From: Phallusia mammillata
Lineage: Eukaryota
Assembly (NCBI GenBank): GCA_965637545.1
Contig: OZ281500.1
Span: forward strand, 8,184,001-8,248,000
Reading direction: 5' to 3'
DNA: 64,000 bases
Positions 47,201 to 62,200 of this stretch are shown here, piece after piece; within the stretch, counting starts at the first letter, position 1, and every line of letters starts with the position of its first letter. The notes under the pieces are model-generated. The model was not told where the DNA came from, ran no database searches, and was given only the letters and a program-made list of their open reading frames with translations. The position numbers were made by a program, and so were the translations under genes.

Positions 47201-50200
47201 GAACTCCTTGAGCTTGACACACTCAGGCGGTTACTGCGGTGCGAGCCACCAGATATGAGGGAGTCCTTTGAGCCGTTGACATCGCCTCTGTATACAGATT
47301 TTAGATCGCCCGACTCGCCCCAGCCTTTGGATCGGCGTCTTTGCGACAGTGGTTGGTTCTGTTGGCGACGTTGGGCCGAAGGACTGTTGTGGTATGCGGT
47401 GGGCGATCTCATACTTCTTGCAGTTTCCACTTCGAGGTCAGAATGCTTAGATGCGTGCCATGAACGCGGTCGCTCGATGGGGACTCCTCGATCGCGGGCT
47501 CTGCAAGATTGAAAGCCGGTTAACAATAGTAAAAATGACTTATATATATATATCCCTTCACTTGAAACTGGCTGATCATTGGTTCTACTGTAGTTCAATA
47601 GTGATAGGTTATGTAGAACCGTACCCCAAAGACAACACATAAGTAATCACCAATATAGCGTTTGATTTAAAGCACAGTGTAAACCAACCTTGAAGTAAAA
47701 AGTAAAGATGGTGCCTTTTAAAAATTGCCAGGGTAGTTGCCTATATGTTATAAACAGATTTTCACAGTAAAACCTGAAAGGGATTAAGCAAGAATTAGGA
47801 ACGGAAATGAATTTGCCTGCCTTAACAAATACATAAAACTTATATTGCAAGTGTAATAAAACACGAGGGGCAAGGAGCAGTTCTCGCTGAACGAAAATCA
47901 AACAACATTGAAATTCGCAGCAGGATGTCAAATGAGAAAGATGGCAGCGCTGAACGACACATCAGACGAGAAGACAAACAACATTCAATGACATGAAAAA
48001 CGAGGCACCGGCTGTTGTAGGCAAACATGCCAGCGATCTTGTACAGTTGACAACGATCGCTACATACGAGAGTCAAAAAGACCGGGAAAGCCTACAGCAA
48101 AAGGTTGGCGTTCAATACAGCACTAAGCGGATCGCCGAGTCAAAGAAAGCATGCACAATTCAGTAAAACACACTTTACTGCCAAACGGCCACGATTTTAA
48201 TCCAACCCATCTGTCGTCAAGGCAAAACCTTCGGTGGTTTCCTCGCCCACTGTCAGAACCGTAAAGTTGTGGTTCTATACAGGAAACCCATCTGAAAGTC
48301 AATGTACCTTACGGGCGAAGCGATTTTACGGGCACATTAAGAAAAGTTGGGTGAAGCTGCAGGTCGTTAAATCTCAACGCGGCTATTAGTCACTTGCCAA
48401 GTTTGTTGGCTTAATCCAACGGTGGCTGAGCCTTTCCCACACCGTCGTGGGAAAGAGAAACTATTCCGAAATTGGCTTATGAATATTCCCACAATAAAAC
48501 AACTGAGTCATCTCGTAACCCCACAGGGAACAGGTACCTGTTATTTTAATAATGCTGTACTTTGTACCAGTTCGTTTACTTAATGATCAAACGCGAAGCG
48601 AAACTTCTGTTTGGCCCTTTCCAACACAGGCCAAAAGAACACTAGCTTAAACCGTATTTCGGCCAACGAAGTGCCGTACTTTGATCCAAAATGTAAACAT
48701 ACACAACAACCTATCTGGCACCTTTCTATCTAAACAACAATGAGTATATTTCTATGCCACCTAATCACAACAACTTGAAAAATATGTTTGTGCACATATC
48801 AGCACCTTGGCATGACTAGACTTTCCGCTTTCTCGTGTCTGATGCGGTTTTGGTCAGTTTGCGCAACCCACAATCACAAACTTCCACGACTGCGCAACAA
48901 GACCGTAAGAAAACAATCCATGCTGTAACCCAACAACTGCTTTGGACGTGATCAGCTCGGGTTTCATTTCAACAAAACACTGCGCGTGTCAACTTTCCCA
49001 CTGTCTTACACAGCTCAACTGCTGTCCACCCTACCTGTGTACAAAACTGATGTATTTTTAGCAGTGTATACTGAAACCTAAAATCAGTTCCCTGTCAGAC
49101 ATATACGTCTGTGCTGAAGTTACTTTATATTGAGTTTCTGCTTTCTCTAAAGGAAGATAGGAGGTACTGTACGCGAATGTTCTTGGCACAGAATGCCCGC
49201 CTCGTCTTTGGCTGACCGACGCCCGTTTATGGTGGTGTAATTACAAAAGACGATGGCCCATTTCAATCTCCTATTTTGCAATCTACATTGTCTATTGCCC
49301 GAGGCTTTCTACAGTAAAACAAGCTTTCCTTCCTACGGCAGCCAGTGTTGTCAGTCCAACCAAGCCAAACAAATACATAAAACCACATTAAACGAGGCGC
49401 ATCGCTTTCAATTGAAGATACTATCGTGACTCACAAACTAACCACACTCATCATTCAATGTTTAGATTCAAACCTGTTTTCTCACATGACAAGTTCCGTC
49501 AGGGCTACCAACACCACATGACGTAATACCGTAGTTTGAACATAGCGTGTTACGTGTTCCACTGCAGGCTAGAAACCAGGTTAAACTCCCAATAGCCCCT
49601 ACGAAGCAATCGTGCCACAGTCAAATATTAACCAGGACGGCAAAAACAACGTCTTACGTCATTGGAACGCGGCAGAATCGACCCGATTTACTCTTCACGC
49701 CACATGTGTTGATAAGCGAGCTCCCGCAAATCGATGGATGTGGATTTGAAGGCAAATTTACAACCATTAGTTTAATATACATATACGCTCAACAGCACGT
49801 CTAAACGTTGCCCCATTACCTATTTTAGGACGGGATATGGGTTAGGCCCTATAAATATGTATCAAACGGACTTTGAAACAGCACATAAAGGTCAAATACA
49901 TATGGCCCGTTAAACCAAATAGGTAAAGCTTTCCCCAGAGAACAAAGCACCTCGCACACTCGTAACTTTGTTTACTGCTGCCTACGGATCATTTCCAAAG
50001 CCAAGCAAGTGCGAAAACGATATCCAATTTTTCGAATCTCGTTGGCCTTTTACTTAAACGTGCTCCATCACTTGCTAGACGCAAACCTGATCTCATGCCA
50101 TTGATGAAAATGATAAGGGCTTTTCCGCTTAAAGAAACCTGCACGAACTTAACTGATACTACATTCTGTAATCGGCCCTGCACCTGCCACCGACCTTGGG

Positions 50201-53200
50201 CCAAATTCGTGTCCTCGGGAGTTGTCTTTGTGGCGATAAAAGTGCTAACAAAGACTTCTCGGAGCGTTAACATCCTGACATGAAATTCACAGACGGTAAA
50301 CACACACATTTTCTGTCTGTCTCGTGTCCCTGAGCCAGCGTTCACCGCCGTTGGTTTGAATGTACTGACTCATCAGGGCGATTGGCACGGACTGGCGAGC
50401 TCACTTCGCCGCATAATGAAAGATGGATTGAGGTTGATTGAAAGCCTCGGCTCACACTTCGCCACACGAGCAATGAACAAACGCAACATTAACAACAATT
50501 CTATGACTCACAAAATACACAAAGGGTATTGCCCCAAAAACTTCTGCAAATACACGTTTCTGAGCTTTCCAATCCACTTATATCAGTTCTGAAGTTTTGT
50601 ATTCCTTATGCCGCAGCGACTCAAAAGCGCGAGTCTAGCAGCCTGGCCGGAATAATAGACAGATAAGAGCTGGCCTTGCCGTTTCGCTAAACACAATCGG
50701 AGCCGAAGATAAGGAGCGTACATGTCGCCATGAGCCCGTTCAATCAAGACCAAGGGCTGTTTTTCTAAGTTGTCCAGGCCGCTCAAAAGTTTGTCGAATA
50801 ACATTTTTACAATAAAACAAGCCTCTGCGCTAGTATCTAATCTTGCCGACCGCCCGGTAATTGCTGTCCACCGCGACGCCCGTCACACACAAGTGATTTT
50901 GCAGTCGGCGCTTTCACGCGTGGCAAAGCAGTCCGATTGTTTACGTTTCATCTCAGTCCGAAGCGGCACGAGAGAAAGTGTTTGCACCGCGGTCTTGTGC
51001 GCAAACTATGAATCGTTTTGCTAATTGAGCGAATCGGATCAAAGACCGATTTCGTATCCGGCTTTCAAACCTAGCCCGCGGTTGCTGCACGCGCACACAA
51101 TAGGGAATCAGAAAATGTCGTGGAGCCGTAGAGAAAACACGCACAGTAATTTGTTTTCAAAGCTACCGCAAAAAAACATTTGTGATACTCATCATTTGAT
51201 TCTGAACACGAACTTTAACTATTGCTTGTCGTTGGATTATGACCAATTAGGAAGTATAGATTGACTCACCTCATTAAACCAATGTAGTCAAAAAACACTG
51301 TGCACTTTTATAGCTGACAAACACAAGATTATATCCAAACTTAACGAGTCAATTTTAACGCATTACTGTTTCATATACACAGTGGCCGAGGTAAAAAAAA
51401 AGTATTTACTACATTTTGTTTTGCATTGGGTCCCAGAAGTTTTTTAAGACAAGACTGTTACCGAAGACAGAAACGCATGGGTCCCAATCATACATGCAAA
51501 GTTTGTTAAAAATGCATCTTATGACACAACCCAGCAAAATATTCGATTTTTTTAATCCATCCTTACACACATGGCCTAACAATGAATGTTACGTGTTTAC
51601 TCAATGATGTTATCAGAAAGGGATCCAAATATAGCACGGCAGAGATTTCAAAAAAAAAAAAACTTGGCCTCGATGGTCTCGGCCGTTGTATAAAACCCAA
51701 AAAGGTCATAAAAACACGAGAAAATCATTGAGGCATAAGGTTGTGTGAGCGTGGTATTGTGTGCGACAACAGTGATATGAATGGCAGTGGTCGTGGGATC
51801 AAGGTAACATTGCACCACTCCTGAGACGAGCAGCACTCCAGGAATGTTGTTATCTTTCCAGCACACAACACATACAGACGCCGTCGCCCTCTTTTACAAT
51901 CCCCACCATTAATTTTGTTATCGTGCTTGGCATTTCTTTAAAAGGATGGTTGGTAATTTGAGTAAGATTCCCACATGATTTGACGTAGGGTATTGTAAAT
52001 TTTGGTATTTGAGGTTCGTTAAGAATGATAACATTGTTACAACACAATACACAATATCTCAAAGTGAGTAGCGTTGAAAATGCATAGAGCCAGATACTAC
52101 ATTCAAAAGCATGCAGATGCGACTGCATTCTTACATTGCAGATTCGAAACAAGTTTTACTCAAAATACAAATAGTATTGATTCTGCATTATTTTGTCACA
52201 CAAAAATGACACAGCGTATGTGAATACATATCGTTACAATTTTGGTTTACCAATTACCAAGTATTGTGGTTTGTACAGTTGTTACATTCTACCACGTCCT
52301 GCACAAACTCTTTTCGTTTCGATTATAACAGCGATCAAGCCCTATACATATCATGCGTAGGCAGTGTCCATTATGTTTCGGACAAAAACACACTGGGCAT
52401 ATCCGCTGCTTTGTAGTTGCAGTACTCCGGTTACAAGCGAGTGTAAACAAAAGCGAAATCGCGTGCACACTGGACGCACACTCTCAGCAGCAGAAATAGC
52501 AACCGCCCCTTGTTCAACGACGGGTGGCCACTCTTAGAAATTAGAAACAGCAACTTACAAAAGCCACAAGTAGGAAAATTTTGTGAGTCACCCCAAAGGG
52601 GGATGGAGACACTTGATGGAGTGAATCTTCTCATTCAATGGGACGCATTTAGCCTGGACTAGGTACTTGTGTTCGTGCTTGGGGCAGTTCTCAATACTTT
52701 GCACTACCTGATATTAACTGACTGGTTCTTATTTAGCGGTTTCAGGTTACTTTACTGAAGCACAATGGAATGGCGGAACTAATTTTGGCATTGTCTGCAT
52801 TGTGAAACTAAATCAGGTTATCTTTAATTGAAAATCAACAGATAGCAACAGAAAGACCTGGTTGGCAAAACCAATTCCACTTGGTCGATACTCACTAATA
52901 TCGCTTTAAAACGTCGTATTCTAAAACTTGTGTTCAGGATTTTACAAGACAAGACTCAATAGCTTAAAAAAGCACTCATGCTGACCAACACTATACTGTA
53001 TATGGCGTATTGTGTAGTTTCTAAACTATCTGTCCACAAATCTGGTACATGTCCTCAACTGACGTGTACATTGCTGTTAAAAACCAGTAAACTGCACGTC
53101 CACACCTCAGGAAACTGAACAGTTTTCTACCGCGTTTAAGAATGCTGCTCCTTTATGAAAAGTGTTGAAATTGAAAACCGCCGTATACAATCAAACAAAA

Positions 53201-56200
53201 CAGACCAACTTCGATTTGGCATTGAAAGTTGACTGCGCGGAACCACATTCAACAAAACTCGCACTATTAAAACACCTTTCTGTGCTCCTAGTGCATGGCC
53301 AATATTCAATCTAACTTTACGTCCTTACAGACTTACCAACGCAAAACACACGGCGGGGAACAAAACCAACTGCTCGTAAAGAAGCGGAAAGGTTTGCCGC
53401 TAAGACCACATCGGCGGCGACAGACCACGCCGGGGGATAAGGGCTAAAATTAAAAGACTGACGCTGCGGGTGATTTATCCTCGGGCGAAGAGCCAGGCAA
53501 AAATGATGAAGCGGTGTTTTTACCGGCGAAAGGGGAAATGCTTAAGGTTCGATGTCAGCCGATTTCACACACAGAAAAAATGTTAGTCCTGTAGGCGAAC
53601 GATTAAGCACACGGGGCTAGGATAAATGCGATACGTTTGCACCAGTTTGTGGAGTCTTAAACGGGCACACGTGCGTATTGCGATCTTATTACGTTCACAG
53701 TAACCTCATGGCCGATGTCAAACAAGCCCCAGGCCCAGGTCACCTATTCATCGTTTGGACACGTCATTCTGTGTGTTGAACCAAAATAGAGCCAGACGCG
53801 ATCTACATTTAAATTGAACCACCCGTGACGCAACTATCCTAGGAACAGGTCACGTACGAGTATAAACAAGAAATGCCAGATACTGATACAATATTGCTAC
53901 AGTTTAAGCGTTTAAAGTACAGTATATGCGTCTTTTGCACACAGCCCTTACGCCCTTGCTTTTACCTCGAATGACAAGTTCATCACTTTTTTAAGACGGA
54001 ACGTTTCAATACAAAACGTCTAAAAATGGCAAAAAACGTCTGAAAATGACACTTCAAATTGGCTGATGCATCAAACTGTCCTAACGGCGAATTGCCTTTT
54101 AATGATAAAATTGACAACTTTCTGGTAACGTTGGAGAGATGTTAAGATGTAGTGAAAACATATTGTTTGTTTACGCGCACATTCCCGGCATAGCGACAGG
54201 CAGGCCTAGGTTCGATTTTAGGCGATTCGCGAGTCGCAAACCAAAGGCTCAAGTGGCCAGGGCGGGCTTGGGAAACGATTTAGAAGCAAACACTCGCCAA
54301 TTGACAAACGAAAATAAATCGGCAATCGTGCAGAGACGAAGTGCAACCCGCCCTTTGGCGCGACAACCATCGGAACGCATACTAAAGCTATGTTGGAGAG
54401 CAGGGTCTCAATACATCAAAGATTACAGACTCGACGGTATTTTGTAATATCAAAGCAATACGCCGATTTTTGTGGTGTGATGTAATAAGCGAAGCGAGGC
54501 CAGTGGTTACGCTGGCGGCAAAGATAAGAGGATAAGAAAAAGTTTTTGCTATGCTTATGCGAATACAACAGTTGTATTTTTGGATTTTTGAAACTAAGTA
54601 TTTCACTCAAAAAGATATGCAGTCAAGGATCAGTCAATTTGCAACCTCTGATCAATGCATTTTGCTTTGCAAAATAGCACCTACAATAACAACACAAACA
54701 TGCACACAAAATATGCACACTTACAGCTGATCTGAACAGATCTGGCATAACTAGTGAAACCTTTGTCTTAACAGCGTTCTACGATACAAAAATCTCACTC
54801 AACACTACACTAGCTTTGACTTCGCTAACAGCAAAATTGCCACAGGAAAGTTGCGCCAGACGAAGTGTCGTGTCGACAGCGGATCACCTGTCTGTCTATC
54901 TGGCGAGTGAGTCATGCTCGACAAGCTGCTGGTCATGTATCTGTTGCAAGACATGCAAAGCACACAGCCCTTACTACAGTTCCATTCTCCCAAATCTGCA
55001 TTAAATCACAGCGCAATGATACCGCGAATATAAAGTTAATCCTTTCCAGGTATAAACGACGTAAGGCCTTACTGTAGGTTTTTTAAGTACAATACGTCGG
55101 GTCAATACAAAACACCGCAGAAACGTACACAAACAGTGAGCAAAGCCATGGCTGAATGCATATTGGAGGTGGCGTTGTCAAACAAGTCACCTTCTATTGA
55201 CTCTTGTCGCGTTAAAGTAAGAGACCGTGTCACAACAAACCCCTATTTGCTATACACCATATCTATACAACATTTTTGGGTAATGATACGAATGTGATAA
55301 GCAACACACACGTGCCATGCGCTATGCCAATTTTTACATGCGACAATTTTGCGGCTACATACAGGTGCTGGAAGGCACAGGGCGGATATTTAGAGATATC
55401 TCGATCTTGTTACGGGGCATCAACCCGAGGGTAAATTTTTCGAATTCTATAAGTCGAAATGTAACTTTCGCATTTTTCCGGCTGCGATGTTGTCAATATG
55501 AACAACATGCAAACAACAAAACCATAAGAGAATACCACACACGATTAGGAAACAAACTTTTCTATAATAATTGATGATAAACGACCACAGCATACCAGAG
55601 AAAAACATGAGGTACACAGCAAGTACTAGGTACCTGAGACGCGATTATGGAATAATGAGGCAGACGCTTTTGACAAATGAAACCCAAACACACGGGGCAT
55701 CTCTGTGTGGTCCCTGGCCTTTCCATGTCACACCTCAGTGCATCGTAGGGCCTGTGGTGGCGCTTGTCATGGCAGCAAACCAAATCAGCGCTTATCAGGA
55801 CAATTTCGTTGCCCGAGACATTGCACCAGACTGTGTTGAAACAAGCTAATAGAGCGTTAACGTATACGATGGAAAACACCCAGTGCATGTGAAAGGCCAA
55901 ACGACAGTCAGCGAGGTAATCCGTTTTGTTAGGCATTGGCGTGTTGATTTGGGCATTCCGAGGGCTATGACTAGTTTATTGTGGATTGAAGGTTTATAAT
56001 AATTCACCAAGGTCAAGTTATGCATTATACAAACATGTTACGGGATTGGGGGTTTATTTTTACATCCTCTCGGACAACAATTCTGACTTGGAGAAAGGAA
56101 TGATGTTGGAATAACAACATACACAGACTCAGTGCCGCCAAACACTAATTGTTGGTACTCAAAGTAAACCAGAATTTTTAACGAGCTCTGCACCAACTTT

Positions 56201-59200
56201 GACTTAAGCGCCCAGATCTTCAAAAATTCCATACTAAACCAATTTGTCTGCGTATTTCAACATGGCAACGACGCAGGTGACAAAGGCGATTTATTGTCAG
56301 CAACAAAATAAAAGATAAGCAAACACGACAGGAATTCGGTCGGGCGCTCTCAAAAGCACTCAATTATCGATTTTCCTGGCATTCCAACCTCCGATGGGAA
56401 CTCGGCGACAAGAGGGGCATGTTTATTCGCTACTACGTGCGCGGAAACCAGGAACAAAACGCGGTGGGCAACAAAATGACAAGTGCCACCGTATGTCGCT
56501 TCAACTTCAGGTCACGTGACTGGCGGGCTTTTTGAGTCACGCAAAATCATCAACACTCGAACTTGTCCGGGCATTTTAGAATAACTATCAGTACTGGCTT
56601 TACATATTGACTAATTGATATGCAACGTGTTAAGATGAACATAAATTCATAACTACAGGATCAGCTCCAAAGCGTTCATGCAGACCAGCGATCAAGGCAC
56701 ACCCATAACAAGGCATATACGCCAGGCCTATTGAAAGCGTCACCGAAACAGTCGGTTCCAATTCCCATTCCAGCCTATGCCTTTCCATGTGCTTGGAAAT
56801 CGGCTGATTCGGTATGACGCCTTTAACAGGCCTATGCGCGAAATGCAACGTTTCTATATCTAATACTCCACTGTAGAAAGAGCTTGATTCATTCCAAAAC
56901 GCATCTCTGGTATGTAAAATAGCTTAATGTCAGTGTTATAGCTGCGTATTACAAATATATGTCAGCCTTATCCCACTATTTGCTGCCACTCCACGTACCA
57001 CTGACATTCTCAGCGGATTAGCACTGGGGCAAGTTCAATGCCGATGTATCATCTTCACTGAAGCTCTAAACCTCGACTAGCGAAGGTTTTTGTGACCGAT
57101 CAGTGTTTTACGCAGCAAAGGCGGATTTCTGAGGGGAACTATTTCGTACTTTTCTCTCTTTGCTCCCACGCCTGCTGGCTTAAAAACACTTGGAATTCGA
57201 CTGAAATTTGACACTGCGGTCGGCATCAGACGAGAACTGAAAAACCGCGTTGTAGATTGCGAATGAAAGTAGAGCATTGTAGCAAAAACTCAAGTATTCA
57301 CAAGCAACGGCGTTTTACCGTACATAATGTCAAATATTAACCTTATTGCGAACAAAAGACTTACAGGGAACACTTCAAGGTAGTATATTAACCGATTTTT
57401 ATAGATGCTTTGATGCAAATGCAAAATTTCCAACGTATTGTAATGTTGATTGTTTGCTCATTTCTGGCTCTTCGACGTAGAAATAATGACATAACAGTAA
57501 ACACAGCGTCGGTCCATTCGTCTTCTGTTTATTGAGTAAATTTCGTTATCAGCAACATGAGTACCGTGGACAGGTGATGGACGCAATAATATCGGTAATT
57601 GGAATCGGAAAGTTACCACAGAACACAAATAAATAACTATTCCTGTCGGTTGATGATTTACTCAAGTCAAAAGACCAACAATTCGGGTCACTGGGACAAT
57701 TCATCCACTGTGATAATTAAAATAAGAACAAAACACAATAAACAATATTTGCCTGGGCGTCATGAGCGCACTGAACGATTACATGTTTTGCGGGTTTTGA
57801 TTTGTGAATTACCAACCAGTTAACCCAAGTCGAAGTTTCCCAAAAATGGGGAAAGGTAGAATGCGATTCAGGTTGGCAAAAACAAGCACACTGCCTTGAC
57901 TGATTGCGAGCAACGAACCCAGTTGCCACTTGTCGGTGCCGTAATCCTCTAGTTAACCAGCCACCAAAGCGCAAGCCAACTTTGTAGGTAAGGAATCTGA
58001 GCGCTTGCAACCGACGCTACAACGTCACCTGAACGTTTTGTCGAGTCCTGATCAACAGATTTCGCTATACAAGTTCACCGGACCCTGGCGAAGGCCATCT
58101 CACTTTACTGCCTTGTATCGTTGAGTTGACACTGAAAAATCTATACAGCCTGAACACAGCTCTTCGGGCATTGAAAACCACGCATGCGTGTATTTGCTCG
58201 CACTAATTCAGCAGTAAAAGGTTTGCACGCGACGTCCACCGCGGGGTTCCGGAGCTCGCCTGTGTGCTTAGCTGTCTAAATTACCACCATAAAAGGCCCC
58301 TCTTGCGAGTGGGACCTTTTGACGGAGATTTCGCGTGCGTTTCACCCGGTTATATTAACCACAAAAATCATGGGTTGAAGAAATGGGCCCAACCCACAAA
58401 ATGATGGTCGTAGTTTAGAAAAGCATTTTCAGTTTCTTGGTTATCAGCGGAACAACAATAAACGCCAAGATCGTTCTACAATCTGCAGGTATCATACATT
58501 ACAATATTTCATTTTTCTGAACAAAACTAAACAGAAGGAAGACGAGCTTTCAAATACTGTCATTGCTGTACATGTTTACCACCCAGAAAGACATTGTTTG
58601 AAATTTAAAGTAATAAAACTGTACAAAATGATACGACTGTAAAATATTCCAAACACGTCAGCAGTCTCGCCGCAAATCTGCAATGTAGAGAATTCTCTAC
58701 GAAATTTCCAAGTCGGCAATATTGCGGATTAGTTTAAAAAACCGGCACTCGATCTCAATTGCCAGTATCGGGCGTCACAATATTGAGCTTACATGAAACG
58801 TAATACCTAAGAATGGCGATCACAGGTCGTACCACGCATTCCATATGTTTGATACAGTTTTAGATACATACCTTGCCATGGAAAGATGCCGGTTTAAGGT
58901 GGAACGGGCTCTCCTTACTCGCGCGGTATCGCGAAAGCTGCACGAGTGATCCAAAGTCATTCTGGCCCCCGTCGAGCGATATATAATCCTATCTGAATCC
59001 AGTTTTCAAACTTCGTTTTGACTTTTTAGATTGTGCTTAGTCAACGGTTATTAATTTATTTGTCTGCTACTCCAGTTTGCGCAATATTCCAAGCAGAAAC
59101 GCAAAATAACTTATTAGTCTTCATGCTTCACACCTGGCAGCATTGCTAACACAAGAGCAGTCTACTGAAATTGAAAACTAAATGAAGTCAAGTAGGCTGA

Positions 59201-62200
59201 AAAAAGTAACAGACGTATGATGAATGTATTCACAGTTAAAAACCGTTAAGTCACCTGGCATAGTATTGGACGTTTATTTAGGCTAATAACCCTGAACGCT
59301 ATTGCATCTGAATATATTTTCCTCAGCATATTTGTTTGTTGTTTTTAGACCACTTTCCTATTCTGGCTTACGTTCTGTGTACTATTCATGAAATTCCTAC
59401 TTCGCTGTGCCTAAATACGTTTTGAAATACATGACAAAGTTTAGTGGATGATGCATGATGTACAAGCTATTACTGAAGGGCGCGTGGACTGTTGGAAACA
59501 GATTAAACAACTCCTCGTACGATGTTTACCTTTCTCATTAAGCATGTACCTAACGCATCTCAAGCTCAGTGTCTATCTCAAGAACAGGCCGGATCCCTTT
59601 CGCCGTTCATGCGGCCTTCGCAAATTCTCAATGAAAATCCCATTCAGTGGGACCTCAAGTCCACCAGCTGCCAATTGGCCAGTGCTCTGAAGAGCGTCCA
59701 CACACCTAACAACTAACTAAGCCTGTTACCAACATACGGGTAAACGTAAGGACCGCGCACACACACCCCCGTTCGCGAATTTGAAGTGAAGAGCGCGGAC
59801 ATTGTTTGGCGAAACAACAGCACGTCGAAATTTCGAGTGGCGCGCGATCAGGTCCCTGCTATTAGAACAAAACTCTTTGGCTAACTGGCCCCGGCACAGC
59901 TTGCGCGTTCAAAACCACGTCGTACGAAATAACAAAGGACCCCGCAAGCGCCGCGGTCGTGTCCTCACAAAGACTGAGGCGTGCAAATGAGGTTTTCTTC
60001 ATGGAGCAGGTTGAAACGATGTGAAATCAGCGGCGGTGGGGACCGGGCCGCCGTGCTAATGAATAAAGCATGTAACCGTAGAATTAGTATACATGGGTCG
60101 AGCGCGCTTGGGTGTTGGGTGACGTTGGAAAAGCCAACAAACCAAGCAAACGCGAGTGGAAAGTTATTCGACACCCAATTACGTTTTGGCAGCGTTAACC
60201 TGAATAAGCCCGATGGCCACGCAAACCACCATTTAAATAACGGGGACAAACTGTTTTGCGGATTTGTGATTTTAGGTCGACCACGGATGGCCTAGGATCC
60301 AAACAATTGCTGATTTTGCAATATAAAAAGAACTAATCTCTTCCCGCTATAGCGAGTAACTGTGTATTCTCACTAATTGTGTTGCAGGTCATTTTCAGCG
60401 CGGCGAAGGAAAGCATTAACGTCTAGTTCCGCCTGTAATGAATAGCCCTTGAAATGCTCCCACATACTGGAGGGGGCTGGAAAAACCATGGCAAGCGAAA
60501 ATTGACCGCAAAATGTTGGTTCGCTTTTAGGGCGAGTCGACTGCCGACCACACGACCATAAGCGTCTTTGTAGATTACAAACAACGGACTCCAGATGGAG
60601 TTGCGTTGGACGGTCGGTACTTGAAAGTCGGTTTGAGTAGATCTTGTACGTCAGTGTTAATCGATATTTTGTGCTACAAGTGTCTTCAGCATAGAGACCT
60701 TGTGTATAAATGTAGAGTAAAGTTAGCATTTGAATGGGCAACGGTTGTAAATCTTACATGGAAAGGACAAAGTCACCCTAGTCTAAGGACATCAAGCTCT
60801 TCATACACGTTACGGTTAAAAGTGTAAAAAAACACACACATTGCAGTCCTGATGTTCAAATAAAAAAAAACTCGAATCGGCAAATCTTTTTTCTCCATCT
60901 CTCTTCAAAGTTGATTTTTTATGATACAAATATGTACCAAAAATGATGACTTCACTTTTGCAAACAAAGCTGATTTAACACAAATAAGCAAACCATGATA
61001 AGGAATAAGCAAACCATGATAAGAAACTGAAACAAAATGCCGCTTTAACGTGGTATGAAATAATACACATTCCACTCATACTTTACAACCTGAACCTCAA
61101 ATAACCTTTAGATTTGAAAACACACAGACATCAGTGCTCCAACCGACCATGGCGTGATCGTGTTTGGAATTTAAGGTGTGTTTTGCGACTGAGCACAAAC
61201 TTGCTGCAATATTCAACACAAGCGAGAACATGTTGGTAAAGTGGATTTGAAAGATAAATGGTATGCATTACGATTGGATCCTTCAGAAAAACACCAAGCA
61301 GTTTGCAAAAAGCACAAGCAATTTTAGAAAACGAAATGTTTGTTCATTTTGTTCATGTAAAAGTATGTATAATGTTAAACTTACACCGAAGAAACAAATC
61401 GACAAACCTAACGGAATACACATTAGTGAAAGACTAGACAGTATAGAGAACATGTTTACTACACACAAATATCACCTGACCATGCACTACCATTCGTCCT
61501 CGGATTTGAAGAAAACTCGCGAAACGCCATGACCTCTAGACGACTTATAATGAACGGTAATTCGCCCGACCATAAGTCAATCAACACACCGGAAAGTGGA
61601 TTGAAATCACAACAAACGGAATCTATTATGCGTCGATCACGGCCACACACACAGCCCAGAGGCCTAAAACCACATCCTTCAAAAGTCGGTGTGAGCAATT
61701 TAGGTTATGAAAGCTGCTTGCGGAGGAAATGCGAGGTCAAGACAGTGTTTGTTGAACTGACTGCAACGGGCGCGTTAAAAACGGCCGATACGCACGGTTA
61801 AGCACAAGCAACAGACCGTGAAATTGTAAGCCACTAATACCATTTGGCCCACAACGGCTGGGCATTGGTGAGATAATGTAAACGTGTCTGCTATGCAAGC
61901 TGTTTGATTGTGTAAGCAAATTCAAAAAAGCGCATTATGCAGAAAAATCAGGCCTGACTATATATGTTAATGGTGAAAAACTAACCTAGCTGGTCTACAA
62001 ATAAAAAAGATATATTCCAGAGCCATCAGTAAAACACCACACAGTTTTATATGAGCTCAATGAGTCACTAAATCACTAGAACAGTTTCCGGACATGGGTT
62101 GTAAATCAGACAATGCTTACCTGTTTTTTCGTTCTCGAAGTTTCACGAAGGGTTGACTGGGAGGTTCAGCAATGTCTTTCATCGCCGCCTCAGATGACCT

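Noticed and set aside
53339-53443. Exon-like segment with TTTTAG acceptor and TG|GTAAGT donor
   Set aside because: Its length of about 107 nt is not frame-preserving between the phase-2 flanks, and its ATG closes at once. It may be a non-coding exon but cannot be supported.
58291-58320. Rho-independent terminator-like hairpin
   Set aside because: This is a eukaryotic intron and a short weak stem, as expected by chance.
47501-62120. Nested protein-coding genes or PDZ exons in the giant introns
   Set aside because: The listed ORFs are short, often non-ATG, compositionally random, and form no phase-consistent exon chains. Small exons could still have been missed by eye.
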